Shown: piece by piece, positions 1 through 12,525 of the stretch
How positions within the stretch are numbered: the first letter of the stretch is position 1
Layout of the letters: every line of letters starts with the position of its first letter
Assembly (NCBI GenBank): GCA_043228905.1
Contig: JBHGNT010000006.1
Span: forward strand, 21,080,001-21,144,000
From: Azolla caroliniana
Taxonomy: Eukaryota; Plantae; Polypodiophyta
Direction: 5' to 3'
Length of the DNA: 64,000 nt
Notes under the pieces: generated by a model
The model's database searches: none
The model's input: the letters and a program-made list of their open reading frames with translations, nothing else
Told to the model about the DNA's origin: nothing
Translations under genes and position numbers: made by a program

Positions 1-1068
1 AGCCGATTCAGTATTGTCAACTGATTGGTAATCATCCTGTATGTGGATGATTTGGTTATCGGAGGAAAGAATCTAACCGACATTAACAAGGTAAAATCGA
101 TTCTATCCGGCAGATTCAGAATGAAAGATATGCATGAGCTCCATTACTTCCTCGGTATCGAAGTAATTTGGACAACATCCAGGATATTGATCTCTCAACG
201 ACACTACATTCTCAAATTACTCTACAAATTTGGGATGACTAAGTGCAAACCTATGTCGATCCCTCTTGATCAAAATCTCAAGGTTGATGCCGATTCGGGA
301 ACAAAAGATTGTGAGCCGATTCAATATTGTCAATTGATTGGTAGCTTAATCTATCTAACCATCACCCAACCCGATCTTAGCTACTCCGCCAGTCTACTTA
401 GCTAATTTATGCAAAAACCTAGAGACACACATCTCGATTGCACTAAGAGGGTACTCTGGTACATCTATGGGACAATGGATTTCAGCATCCTATACAAATC
501 GAACACAATCATTTGGCTCGAAGGGTACATTGATGCAGACTGGGCCGGTTTCAAAGCTGATCTATGATGCACATCTAGATTCGTCTTCTCCCTCGGTCGC
601 GGAGCAATCTCCTAGAGCAGCAAAAAGTAGCTGACAGTCGCACTGTTGAGCACAGAGGCCGAATATAGGGGCACGACAGTCAAACTCTTGACATGACCAT
701 GTTATAATCAAGTGATATGTGTTAACCAACATATCTAGTATACAATCATGTGTGTAATTGGTCCTTGTAGTTTTTAGCTAGCATCATGTGCATAGTTGCT
801 CCCTTGTATTAGTTACACTTGGCACATGCATGCGTACCTACATGCTCTATTGTATCACATGCGTGCAATAGGTATGCATGCCACTTAGTATAAATAGTTG
901 AGTTCACCTTGAAGGAATTCAAGGTGAACAACACCAATTATGGAGTCTTTTAGTTAATATCACTTATCCATTTGGTTATCTTCTTTCTAGTCTCTTGAGC
1001 TTATGATCTATCCGTGACAATTTGTTCACCTTCCATCCTCATAGTCCTCCCTCTCATTAGTTGTAGCT

Positions 1069-2304
1069 ATGTCCGACCCAACCATTGACTTAAGCCAAAT
1101 AATGATAGCCTTACAACAAATCCAGCTTGAAGATGTAGCTCTTCGGGATTCTTTACGAGAGCTTCAAGTAGGTGCCTCCCTATACTCATAGCCCGTGGAG
1201 CCTAGTCTCCCACCGCAACCTAGCCTAGAGCTTGATCTTCTACAAACATCTAACCTAGATTCTTCTCATTTTATTGAGCCTAAGGTTAGCTTCCTAGAAA
1301 TATTTGATGGAACGAGGTCACGTTTTCGGGGGTTCATCAACCAAATTTGTCTTATCATTCGGCTACAACCTCAACGGTATGCAGACTATCTTCGACAAGT
1401 CGGCCTTGTGGGCACCCTCCTCTCCGGTCTGGCCCAAGCTTGGTTTGCACCAATAGTAGAAACTTCTTCACCTCTATTGGAGGACTTTCCCGCCTTCCTC
1501 ACCGAGTTAGAGGCCACATTTGGAGAGACAGACCGGTAATGTACAACTCTCACCAAGTTTTATGCCCTTGAACAAGGTTCGTGTGCAGCATCTATCTATG
1601 CTTTAGAATTCTGACAACTAGCATGTGACGTCAACTGGGATGATCAAGCCTTAGTTTATCATTTTCGATGGGTCCTCCGGAGCAATGTCAAGAATCTTCT
1701 CTTGAACTTTCCTGAACCGACCTCATTATCCCAAACAATCTCACAAGCAGTCCATTGTGACAATGAACTTTTTGAATTTCTCCATGAAGAGTGCGGGACT
1801 TAGGGGACTCGTTCCCTTCCATGACACGCCCCGGTAGTACATCACCAAGTATCATTCCTGCCGGTTGCGTCATGCTCCCCTACTTTGGCTGATGCTCCAA
1901 TCCCCATGGAAATTGATCAAGCCCGATTTCGTCCATTGACCGATGCCGAATGACAACATCAGTGGACTAATGGCTTGCGCATGTATTGTGGTGCCTCGGG
2001 TCATCTCCTTCGCCATTTTCCTAGGACTAATCGCCCTCAATTCCATCGAGCTAATGGACCCCAACATCCGGAAAACGACATCGTTTGGTTGCAGTAGGAG
2101 CTATGCAGCTGGACGTCTCCCGTCACCCACATTCTCTTGGTTCCATTGCCGGACCATTAGGCAATTTCACATTGGAGGTATGGCTTTCTTTTAATTCCAG
2201 TTCCATTCAGTCTGTTGCTTTACTTGATTCTGGGGTGTTTTCTTGCTTCATCGACGTCGTGTTCGCCCAAGCACATGGGGTACTTGTCGTTTGCCTCTCA
2301 AAAC
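1069..2304 (+). pseudogene. Gypsy C gag and protease N-half (disrupted)
   Basis: ORF fragments 1195-1539 and 2085-2393, with in-frame stops. Candidate -1 slippery site GGAAAAC at 2070-2076 between gag and protease. Confidence 0.8.
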
Positions 2305-5300
2305 TGTTGAGAATCAAGCTCAACTTGTGTGAGCATGTGCTTATGAAGAAAAGGACAATGTGTGAAAAAGTGTGTGAGCACACTTTATTGTAATCCGTGT
2401 AGTTGTCGAGTGTTAGTGTGGTCAAAGAAGATTAGATATTCTTTTGACAAAATCGCAGTCAAGTGGATATCTTGGTTAGATTCCACCAACACATTTAATA
2501 GGGCAGACCCTTGAGAACTTGTATATAAAACCCCCTTTGGCCATTTAGTTTAGTTGATGATCTTTAGTTAATTAATATAGCTCTCTTCAGTGCATAAGCT
2601 GTCATTCCCCTACTGTGTATTTTCTTATTATTTTCTCGTTTTTCTCTCTGATTTCTTCTCTTGCTTATTCACCCACTCTCACACAAACACACTACACTTC
2701 TGAATACTCAACTCTACTAGAGTTAGATTCTTTACATGGTATCAGAGCGTGAGGATTAGAGATCCTTCATTGAGCTCTACCATTGAAACTATGTGAGCAG
2801 CTAGAGTCGCTGTTTCAAACCAGCTATCATCAGTGTAGTGTTGCATGGCAAGAGGCTCACGTTAACAGGAGCATACGAATCAAGCTAAATCAGAGAGATG
2901 AATGCATAGATGGGTAGCGCACTTCCAATAGAGAAGTTGGACAAGCACAACTACGCATCTTGGGAATATAAGATGTAGCAGTACTTAGTTGGCCAAGGGT
3001 ATTGGAGTTATATCGAGGGAGCTCATGAAACAACCCCCGATATTACAAGTTCCAACTACCCCACATGGCAGCAAGGCGCCGGTAGGGTAATGTATTGTTT
3101 GGCAACATGTGTGCAAGATCACATGTTAAGCTATATTCGAGATGTGAAAGCCCCAACAGAAGCGTGGAAAAACTTGAAGAAGATTTTCGCGGCTTCAACC
3201 ACAACGAGAAAACTTCAACTCCGGCAGGAGTTGAACAATATTCGGTAGGGGGATATGTCCGTGACGGACTATACCCTCCGGATCAAAGACTTATGCGATT
3301 CACTTGGCTCCATCAATGTCGTAGTTGATGATGACGAGATGGTGCATATTTGTCTTGGTGGCCTTGCACAAAAATATGGCTCATTTCGAACTGTCATAAC
3401 AAGGGAGAACCCCCCGAGCTTTTTCGACTTGCAATCTATGGTAAAGGTTGAGGAGAACCATACACAGTCGAAAAGCACAACATCTGATGGGCAAATGCTA
3501 TATACACATGATGATCTCAGTAAAGGTCACGGTCGTGGTCGTGGAAATCGGGGGAGGAATGGCCGAGGAAGAGGTGGACGAGGTCCACAACAGTTTAATT
3601 CCAGGCAGCAAGAAGGTTGAAACAACCAAGGGAATTCCGGTAGAAAGGGGAGCTTCCACTAGCCGGCATCAACCAGGCAAAACCAGCAAACCGAATGTTG
3701 GTATTGTGGAAAGCCTAGCCACATTGAAGCCGAGTGTCGGAAGAAGAAGAATGACTCAGTTGCCTCATCCCGGCATCAAACAAACTATGTTGTGATGGCT
3801 GACATAGAAAACAAAGGGCCAATGTTTGTTATGCGACACTGGGTGAATAGCATGATAACAAGTGTTTCCCAAACTGATGATGTCTGGTTCGTGGACTCAA
3901 GTGCCTCAAATCACATGACAAGTCATCAAGAATGGTTCATGAATTTGAGGGAACCCAAGAGACCCAGCGTGGTGGAGACTGGTGATGACTTCACACACAT
4001 GATTGAGCACATCGGAGATGTGGCCCTTAACAATCACGACAACAAGGGCTACATGAAGGATGTACTGCATGTCCCGACAATCACAAAGAATTTGGTCTCG
4101 GTTGGCCAAATTGTCGAGCAAGGAATTCAAGTATGATTAAGCCAGGAAGGTTGCTTCATCAAGGATAAGGGCCAATTTATCGCTCATGCAAGAAGAGAAG
4201 GTCACATGTTTATTCTTGATGCGACCAAGGTGAACACAACAATGTATGCAAAGGGACTCAAGGTTGAGTCTGATATTGAGTTGTGGCACAAAAGGGTTGG
4301 CCATGTAAACCTTGGTAAACTCCGATCAATGCAAACAAAAGGGGTTGTGCATGAATTGCCACAATTTACTTCGAAACATCTTGATAATCTATGTGAGGCG
4401 TGCCAACTAGGCAAGCAACATAGGCATCCATTCCTAAGTGAAAGAAATGTGAGTAAAGGCTTGTTGGACGTCATCCACTAAGATGTATGGGGCCCAGCTC
4501 AAACAATGACAATCGGTGGGTGTAGGTACTTCGTTACCTTCATTGACGACTATTCGCGGCATACTTGGATATGCCCGATGAAGTCGAAAAGTGAAGTCTT
4601 CTCCCACTTTCTCAAGTTAAAGAATCACGTGGAAAATGAGACGAATCACAAGATTCGATGCTTATGGTCTGATAGTGGCCAAGAATACTTCTCAACCGAG
4701 TTCAAAGCCTGTCTAGAAGAGAAGGGGATTCGCCGGGAATTCTCTTGCCGGTACACACCACAACAAAACAGTGTTGCTGAGCGGAAGAATCATACAATTC
4801 TTGAGATGGCCCGCGCCATATTGTAGGAGAAGAACATGCCCAAGATCTATTGGGCAGAGGCAACAGTTACGGTTGTGTATCTCATCAATAGGTGCACGAC
4901 CGAGGGTGTCCATGACATCACCCCTCACGAGAAGTATTTTGGGACAAAGCCAGACCTTTCGCACTTGAAGGTTTTTGGCAACATTGCATTTGTGCATGTC
5001 CCCAATGAGAAGCGGAGAAAGCTTGACCCAAAATCGGAGAAGATGATCCTCATCGGTTACTCACTTTAGCAAAAGGGTTATGAGTGTTTTAACCCCATCA
5101 CTCGACAGTCACGAGTAAGCCGAGATGTGGTATTTGATGAGGTGACATCATGGTATGGCCCAACATCAATGACCCCCGCCATGCTCGAAACAAGCAGATC
5201 TGGAGCAGATTCTCAGAGTGAAGAAGAAGAGATGCTAACAACCATTATGGGTGGAGAACCAGCAGAAAGTTTGCCCACACTCCAGCTGACTGGACCTGAG

Positions 5301-7893
5301 GTGTCGTCCAGTAATCAGAGTCTTGCACAACATGAAGAAACCTCTGATGTGTTGTCACCTTGGTGTTACACCCATAGAAAGAAGAAAAAGGTCAAGATGC
5401 TTGAGCAAGAGGCCAAAGACATGACATATGGTGAAGACTCAGGTCATTCACCTTGATCGGTCCACAACAAGTATGAAATGAAGAAGGCCCCGGAGGTGAC
5501 CAAAGGAAAACTCCGTCAATCGAACTGACAAAAGAACCTAATAGTTAGGTTTGGGTACAATCAGTACATGGCTCACCACTATGCATTCATGATGAAGGTC
5601 GTAGTAGACCAAGAACCCGAGACTTACAAAGAAGCTGCTCAAGATCCCCGGTGGATCGAGGCAATGAGGGAGGAGATTCGCGCGTTGTTTGACAACGATA
5701 CTTGGGATTTAGTCCCATCCTCTGAAATCAAGAAAAAGCCAATTGGTTGCCACTGGCTATTCAAGATAAAGTATAATACAGAGGGCACGGTCAATCAGTT
5801 CAAGGCTCGGCTAGTCGCCAAAGGGTATGCTCAAATCCATGGCATAGACTATGAGGAAACATGTGCCCCGATGGCAAAAATGAACACCGTGAGGACGGTA
5901 ATTGCACTCGCAGCAGTGAAAGGATGACACTTGCATCAAATGGATGTGAAGAACGCATTCCTCCAAGGTGAGCTCGAGGAGGAAGTTTACATGATGCAAC
6001 CACTTGGCTTCGAATAAAAAAAACATCCACATGCAGTTTGCCGATTGAAGAAGCAGCTCTATGGACTGAAGCAAGCCCCAAGAGCATGTCATTCAAAGAT
6101 CACATCATATCTTCACGACATTGGCTTCCGAATGTCAAAATCTGATAACTTGTTGTATGTTCAAAACAATCCCAAAAACCCCATCTTCTTAATCTTGTAT
6201 GTCGATGACCTTGTCATCGGTGGAGAAAGCCTCACCGAGATACAAAAGATTAAAAAGCTGCTTTTACAAAAGTTCGAGATGAAGGATCTGAATGACTTAC
6301 ATTATTTTCTCGGCATCAAGGTCATTCAAACTCTAGAAGGGTTCCTAATCTCACAACGACACTATGTGTTGAACTTGCCCTACAAATTCGTAATGATCGA
6401 GTGTAAGTCCATCTCAACACCCCTTGATTGAAATATGAAGCTAACTGCAAATTCTGGAAAATTCTGCGAGCGAACACAGTATCGCCAAATAATTGGGAGT
6501 CTTATCTACCTACCTATCACCCGACTAGACCTCAGCTATCCGGTCGGGGTTCTTAGCCAGTTCATGGAAACACCCCGCGACACTCACATGGATTGTGCTA
6601 AGTGAGTGCTACGTTATATTAGTGGAACACTTAATTATGGTATCTTCTATAAGCGTGGAGCACCACTTCGACTCGAAGGCTTCACGGATGTTGATTGGAC
6701 AGGCAATGCATTTGATAGGCGATCGACTTCAGGATTTATGTTTTCACTCGGTAGTGGAGCAGTCTCTTGGAACAACAAGAAACAAGCAACAGTCGCTCTA
6801 TCGAGCACTGAGGTGGAGTATAGGGCCGCAACTGTAGCTGCTTGTGAAGTTGTATGGCTTAAAAGACTACTGAAAGACTTCAACGAATTGGTGAACAAGC
6901 CAATACTAATCCACTACGATAATCTCAGCAACATCCAGCTTGCAAAGAATCCAGTGTTTCACACGCGGACTAAGCACATCGAGGTGCACTATCATTACAT
7001 TCGTGAGTGCATATTGGCCTGGTGACATTGACCTCCAATACGTTGGCACCAACATGCAAGTGGCTGATATTTTCACTAAGGCGCTAGGTCTCGACAAGCT
7101 ACGGGAATTCTCAGTGGATCTAGGCCTTAGAACACTCGATATGTTGAGCTTGGGGGAGAGTAAAAGTACAAAGACGAAGGAAAACATGGAGAATCATCAC
7201 GATACAAGAGGAAGAGTGAGATCGGCATCGGCAAAGTTCTAATTCGACTTGACCTAGCAAGTTAGAGGAAGACTTTCCAAAGCTCCAAATTTTTGAAGCT
7301 CGAAAGTTTGGATTGGCAAGATCAACATTGCTAGATCAAGATCAAGTACATAGGAACAATGGGAAAACCACGGTCTAGTAGTCCGACCAACTGTAATTGG
7401 GTCTTCAACTACACCAAGACAACCAAGCTTAAGAGGACACACAATTGACCTTGAGGGGGCGTGTTGAGAATCAAGCTCAACTTGTGTGAACATGTCCTTA
7501 TGAAGAAAAGGACGATGTGTGAAAAAGTGTGTGAGCACACTTTATTGTAATCCGTGTAGTTGTCAAGTGTTAGTGTGGTCAAAGAATATTAGATATTCTT
7601 ATGACAAAATCGTACTCAAGTGGATATCTTGGTTAGATTCCACCAACACATTTAATAGGGCAGACCCTTGAGGACTTGTATATAAAACCCCCTTTGGCCA
7701 TTTAGTTTAGTTGATGATCTTTAGTTAATTAATATTGCTCTCTTCAGTGCATAAGTTGTCATTCCCCTACTATGTATTTTCTTATTATTTTCCGGTTATT
7801 CTCTCTGATTTCTTCTCTTTCTTATTCACCCACTCTCACACAAACAAACTACGCTTCTGAATACTCAACTCTACTAGAGTTAGATTCTTTACA
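2305..7893 (+). mobile_element. Ty1/Copia element B, full length, decayed; 432-bp LTRs 2305-2736 and 7462-7893, TSD AAAAC
   Basis: TG...CA LTR pair, tRNA-Met PBS TGGTATCAGAGC at 2737, PPT TTGAGGGGGC. TSD AAAAC at 2300-2304 and 7894-7898. The host protease rejoins as ...VCLSK|PIPIEAIDGR. Confidence 0.95.
2910..7150 (+). pseudogene. Copia B gag-pol polyprotein (gag, CWYC knuckle, protease WFVDS, GAG-pre-integrase, integrase, RT, RNase H), disrupted
   Basis: Consecutive ORF fragments 3255, 3792, 4206, 4506, 4836, 5568, 6045, 6606 carry LWHKRVGH, FIDDYSR, TPQQN, KARLVAKG, LYGLKQAPR, LYVDDL, TKHIEVHYH; many stops and frameshifts. Confidence 0.92.
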
Positions 7894-10800
7894 AAAACCC
7901 ATTCCCATTGAAGCCATCGATGGGCGCGTCCTCTCATTAGGAGCAATTACTCAAACTATGATCCCATTAGGGCTTCGTGTGGGCTCACACCAGGAGAAGG
8001 TCTCCTTTTACCTCATCGCATCTCCTCGACATCCGATCGTCTTAGGACTAACGTGGTTGGAGGTGCACAATCCAATAGTGAATTGGTGCAATCACTCGAT
8101 CACATTTAGCGAGCCAGAATGCTCACACAAAACTATGAAGGTCAATTCAGGTTCACATCCTTCGGAGAAGATCACGTCCAACTCGAACACCCCATTCTCG
8201 GCCCAGGATGGGGTCGTTTGTGGCGCCGATTCTAACACACTCCACGTTATTCGTGACAAATACAAAGACTTCTCCAATGTATTTGAGAAATGTAATGCAG
8301 ATCGTTTGCTCGAACATTGGCTCTACGACTGTCCGGTTGTTCTTCAAGAAGGTGTGTGTCCTTCCTTTGGTCCTCTATATGCGTTGTCTGCACGAGAGCT
8401 AACAACCCTTCATGTGTATCTCGATGAGAACCTCGAGAAAGGATTTATTCAACCTTCTAAGTTGTCGACCAGGGCCCCCATATTATTCATGAAGAAGAAG
8501 GATGACTCTCTATGCTTATGCGTCAACTACCAGGGTCTCAACAAACTCAGTGTGTGCAATTGCTATCCGCCACCTCTGATCCCCAAACTCCTTGATCCGC
8601 TCCGCATTGCGCGTGTCTTCTCCAAAGTTGATCTGCGTGGTGCATACAATCTAGAACACATCAAGCCGGGGGATGAATGGAAAACCGCATTCCAAACAAG
8701 GTATAGGCATTTCGAATACAAGGTAATGCCTTTTGGTCTTACTAACGCCCCAACATTTTTTCAACATATGATGACTGATATATTCTGGGAATATCTCGAT
8801 CATTTTGTCGTCATTTACCTTGATGATATTCTCATTTTTTCACCAAAAATGGAGGAGCACACTCGCCAAGTTCGATTAGTTCTTGCTAAACTTCGCTAGC
8901 ATGGCCTTTATGCCAAAACCGAGAAATGCGAGTTTGACCATACCTCGATCGAATTCCTAGGCTACATCATCTCTCCCACTAGCATCACCATGGATATGAA
9001 GCTCTCTGTCATTCGGGAGTGGGTGACTCCAAGTCGACTTAAAGATGTCCAATCCTTCCTCAGCTTCGCGAATTTTTACCGTCACTTCATCAAGGGGTTT
9101 TCAACCCTAGCACAACCTTTTATCGCCCTCACCCGCCAAGGTACTCCTTTTTTATGGACCTCGACGGCACAAAAGGCATTCGACTCACTCAAACACGCAT
9201 TCATCACTGCCCCAGTGTTGCTACATGCCAACCCCACAAAATCCTTCCAAGTGGAAACTGATGCATTTGACTTCGTCATTGGCGCCATCTTATCCCAAGC
9301 AGACGACACCAACCCCTAATGCACCCAACGGCTTACTACTCCCGGAAATTTACGGCATCCGAAATAAATTATCCCATATACGACAAGGAGCTTGTTGCTA
9401 TTATTGCTGCTTTTGAAGAATGGCGACCCTACTTGGCTGGCGCACAACATCGTGTCCAAGTAGTAATTGATCATAAAACTTTAGTTTATTTTTCCACCAC
9501 TCGTCCTTTGAATCGAAGGCAGGCCCGTTGGTCAACATTTCTTGCTGACTACGATTTTGAGATCATATTTCGATCTGGTGGCCAATATGGGGAGGTTGAT
9601 GTTCTTTCTCGTCGAGCCGACCTTGCACTCCACCCTAGGGATGCCGCTTATGCTCAACAATCTAGATGTTTGTTGATACCCAACCAATTGCATCTTTTTG
9701 CCGCTTGTATGTTGCAGGATAATTCATTACTCCAACAGATCACCGATGCCAACGAGATTCGAGATAGTCTGCAAAACTCCTCCAAGGAGACCAAAAGGAA
9801 GGACCTTGACCACTTCACCACCATACAAGATGGTTTGCTATTCCGAGATCATCTCTTATACTTCCTAGAGGGCCTGTGTCGCACCCGAGTGTTGCGGGAA
9901 TGTCACGATGACCCACTTGCGGGTCATTTCGGGGTCGCAAAAACCCTTGAGCTAATCTCTCGAGGGTACTAGTGGCCACAACCATGGAAGTTGGTCAAAG
10001 AATACATCAAGAGTTGTGACGTTTGCGCTCGCTCCAAAGCCGCTCATCATCGGCCATACGGCTTACTCCAGTCGCTTCCATGCCCCAATGGGCCTCTATC
10101 TCTATGGACCTGATAACTTATCTACCCTTGGTCAATAGCTATGACTTGGTGTTGGTCTTTGTCGATCGGTTTTACAAAGATGGCTCACCCCACTCCATGC
10201 TCCAAAACCATTCCCGGCGAAGGAGTGGCGCATCTACTCCTCAACAATGTGGTCTGCTTGCATGGATTCCCCGACGATGTCATCTCTGAACACAGACCCC
10301 AATTTGTCTCTCACTTCTGGTAGCACCAGCTACAAACTTTAGGCATCTCTATCAAGTTTTCCTCCGCCTATCACCCTCAAACTGACGGGAAGACGAAACG
10401 TGTCAACCAAATCCTTGAGCAGTATCTTCGGTGCTCCGTTAGTTACCAGCAAGATGATTGGGTCAACTTAATTTCACTTGTGGAATTCTCCTACAATAAT
10501 TCTCTCCATGCATCGACTGGCGTCACTCCCTTCTTTTCAAACTATGGTTTACATCCTTGCTTCAACGTTTCCCTCCCTACCACTTCTGTGAACCCTTCAG
10601 CGGAAGGTTGCGCTCGCGTTTTAGAAGAGCTACATCATGATTTATCCTTGGAGCTTAGTCTTGCTGGTGAACGATACAAGAAGTAGGTTGATCGCCATTG
10701 ATCTACCACTCCACACTTTTTCATCGGAGACATGGTCTGGTTATTACGATGACACATCTCTACCACTCGTCCATGTGTGAAACTTGATTACAAGAAGTTG

Positions 10801-11140
10801 GGACCATTCCGTATCATCGAGTGCATCAATCCCATCGCCTTCCAGCTCACCCTTTCGTCCCACTTCCAGATTCGCATTGTTTTTCATGTCTCCCTCCTTG
10901 AACCCCATTATGCTTCACAACTCCCAGGTCGCCAGGCCCCACCACCACCACCTGTGCAATTCACGACAAGGGAGGAATATGAGGTCGACCAAATCCTTGA
11001 CTCACGTTGGTACCGTCGACACTTGCAATACCTCTTCTTGTGGAAGGGTTACCCCATGCTTGACACCACGTGGGAACCATCGAAAAATTTACAAAATGCC
11101 CCGGAGGTGGTCCAAGATTTTCATCATTGATATCCCCACA
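7894..11140 (+). pseudogene. Gypsy C pol (protease C-half, RT, RNase H, integrase, chromodomain), disrupted
   Basis: ORFs 7772 (from PIPIEAIDGR onward), 8990, 9319, 10141, 10480, 10777 carry MPFGLTNAP, YLDD, YDKEL and a chromodomain. Confidence 0.92.
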
Positions 11141-12238
11141 AAGCGGCAGCCGATTTCGGAAGGCGACGTAGAAGTGGGGATAATGCCAAGATTATGACAT
11201 GACAATGTTGTAATCAAGTGATATGTGTTAACCAATATATCTAGTATACAATCATGTGTGTAATTGCTCCTTGTAGTTTTTAGCTAGCATCATATGCATA
11301 GTTGCTCCCTTGTATTAGTTACACTTGGCACATGCATGCATACCTACATGCTCTATTATATCACATGCATGCAACAGGTATGCATGCCTCTTAGTATAAA
11401 TAGTTGAGTTCACCTTGAAGGAATTCAAGGTGAACAACACCAGTTATGGAGTCTTTCAGTTAATACCACTTATCCATTTGGTTATCTTCTTTCTAGTCTC
11501 TTGAGCTTATGATCTATCTATGACAATTTGGGCATTCCCATCAAAGATCCAATTCTCCTATATTGTCACAACATGAGTAGTATCTACCTAGCTCGGAACC
11601 CCGTGTTCCACGCGCAAACCAAGCATATCGAAGTGCACTATCACTTCATCCGAGATCGCGTTCAGGCTAGAGATGTCGATTTACAACACATCACAATGAA
11701 TCTTCAGGTGGCCGACAACTTCACAAAAGCCCAGGGGGTATCGACAAGTTGTGGCAGTTCACGACGAACCTTTGTATCTTGATCACAGACCAACCGCGCT
11801 TGAGGGGGAGCACTGAGAAACAAGATACCAAAAAATAGTTGTAGTTGCCACGATGTCGAACAACATCCGATCTATGCCGACCAGAGGAGTCAAGTACAAT
11901 GATAATCGAGCTAAACAAGGAGAACGAACCACCCGAACAATCAAAGCTATGTTGACTAACCTTCTGAAAGATGATTCAGCCGAATCGAAGATTTTCGAGG
12001 ATCGAACTGAACCAACTTTTTGACATCCGGAAGTTATGTTCGAAGGGGGGTGTGGAGAATCGAACTCAACTTCCCTTAGACATAGTGTTCACACTAGCTA
12101 GTGGACTTTATACTAGGCTAGTTTTGTAATTAGTAAAAAGGGCACTTGCCCTAGACTAGTTGGTATTTAAGCCAACTCTTTGTAACTTAGTTATTGTTGG
12201 ATGTATTCTATTTTGTCACTAATATACAACTTCTTGTT

Positions 12239-12278
<40 letters not shown>

Positions 12279-12525
12279 TCACTCTAGACATCATTGTTTA
12301 CATTCTATAGCTCATTGGAAAGCTCTTTCAAAAAGCTTTCTAAGGAATGTTCATTTACTGAATTCCGTTACCGTGGCGAGAAGTTATGAGCATTTTCGTA
12401 TGCATCCATCTTTGCCCCACGGCTCCTCAAACACAAGGTAGATTTTGAAGCCCTAAATCAAGTGAAAGGTACATTTTCTCTCTCCCTCTCTCCCTCTCTC
12501 TCTTCTCGTAGGGTTTGGTCCTACA

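Larger units (their letters stand above)
678..11525 (+). mobile_element. Ty3/Gypsy chromovirus C (Tcn1/Tf1-sushi-like), full length, decayed; LTRs ~678-1019 and 11184-11525
   Basis: Two similar ~340-bp LTRs ending TGACA. gag from ~1069 (FDGTRSRFRGF; CMYCG..GH knuckle), protease LLDSG, RT YLDD (~8817), RNase H ETDA, integrase GHFG..KT, chromodomain EYEVDQILDSR..YLFLWKGY..TWEP (ORF 10777). PPT GAAGTGGGGATAA. A small deletion at the left junction removed the TSD. Confidence 0.92.
1..12302 (+). mobile_element. Ty1/Copia element A, 3' part (RT/RNase H 1-677 and 11526-11780, PPT, 3' LTR ~12051-12302), interrupted by Gypsy C
   Basis: ILYVDDL RT motif in ORF 25-405. ALLSTEAEY at ~640-665 continues after the insertion as DLGIPIKDPILLYC...TKHIEVHYHF (ORF 11528). 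PPT GAAGGGGGG precedes TGTGGAGAATCGAACTCAAC, which resembles the start of the Copia B LTR. Multiple stops; 5' part lies outside the window. Confidence 0.85.

Noticed and set aside
7772-7893. Signal-peptide-like N-terminus on the 375-aa RT ORF
   Set aside because: Chance read-through from the T-rich Copia B 3' LTR into the interrupted Gypsy protease.
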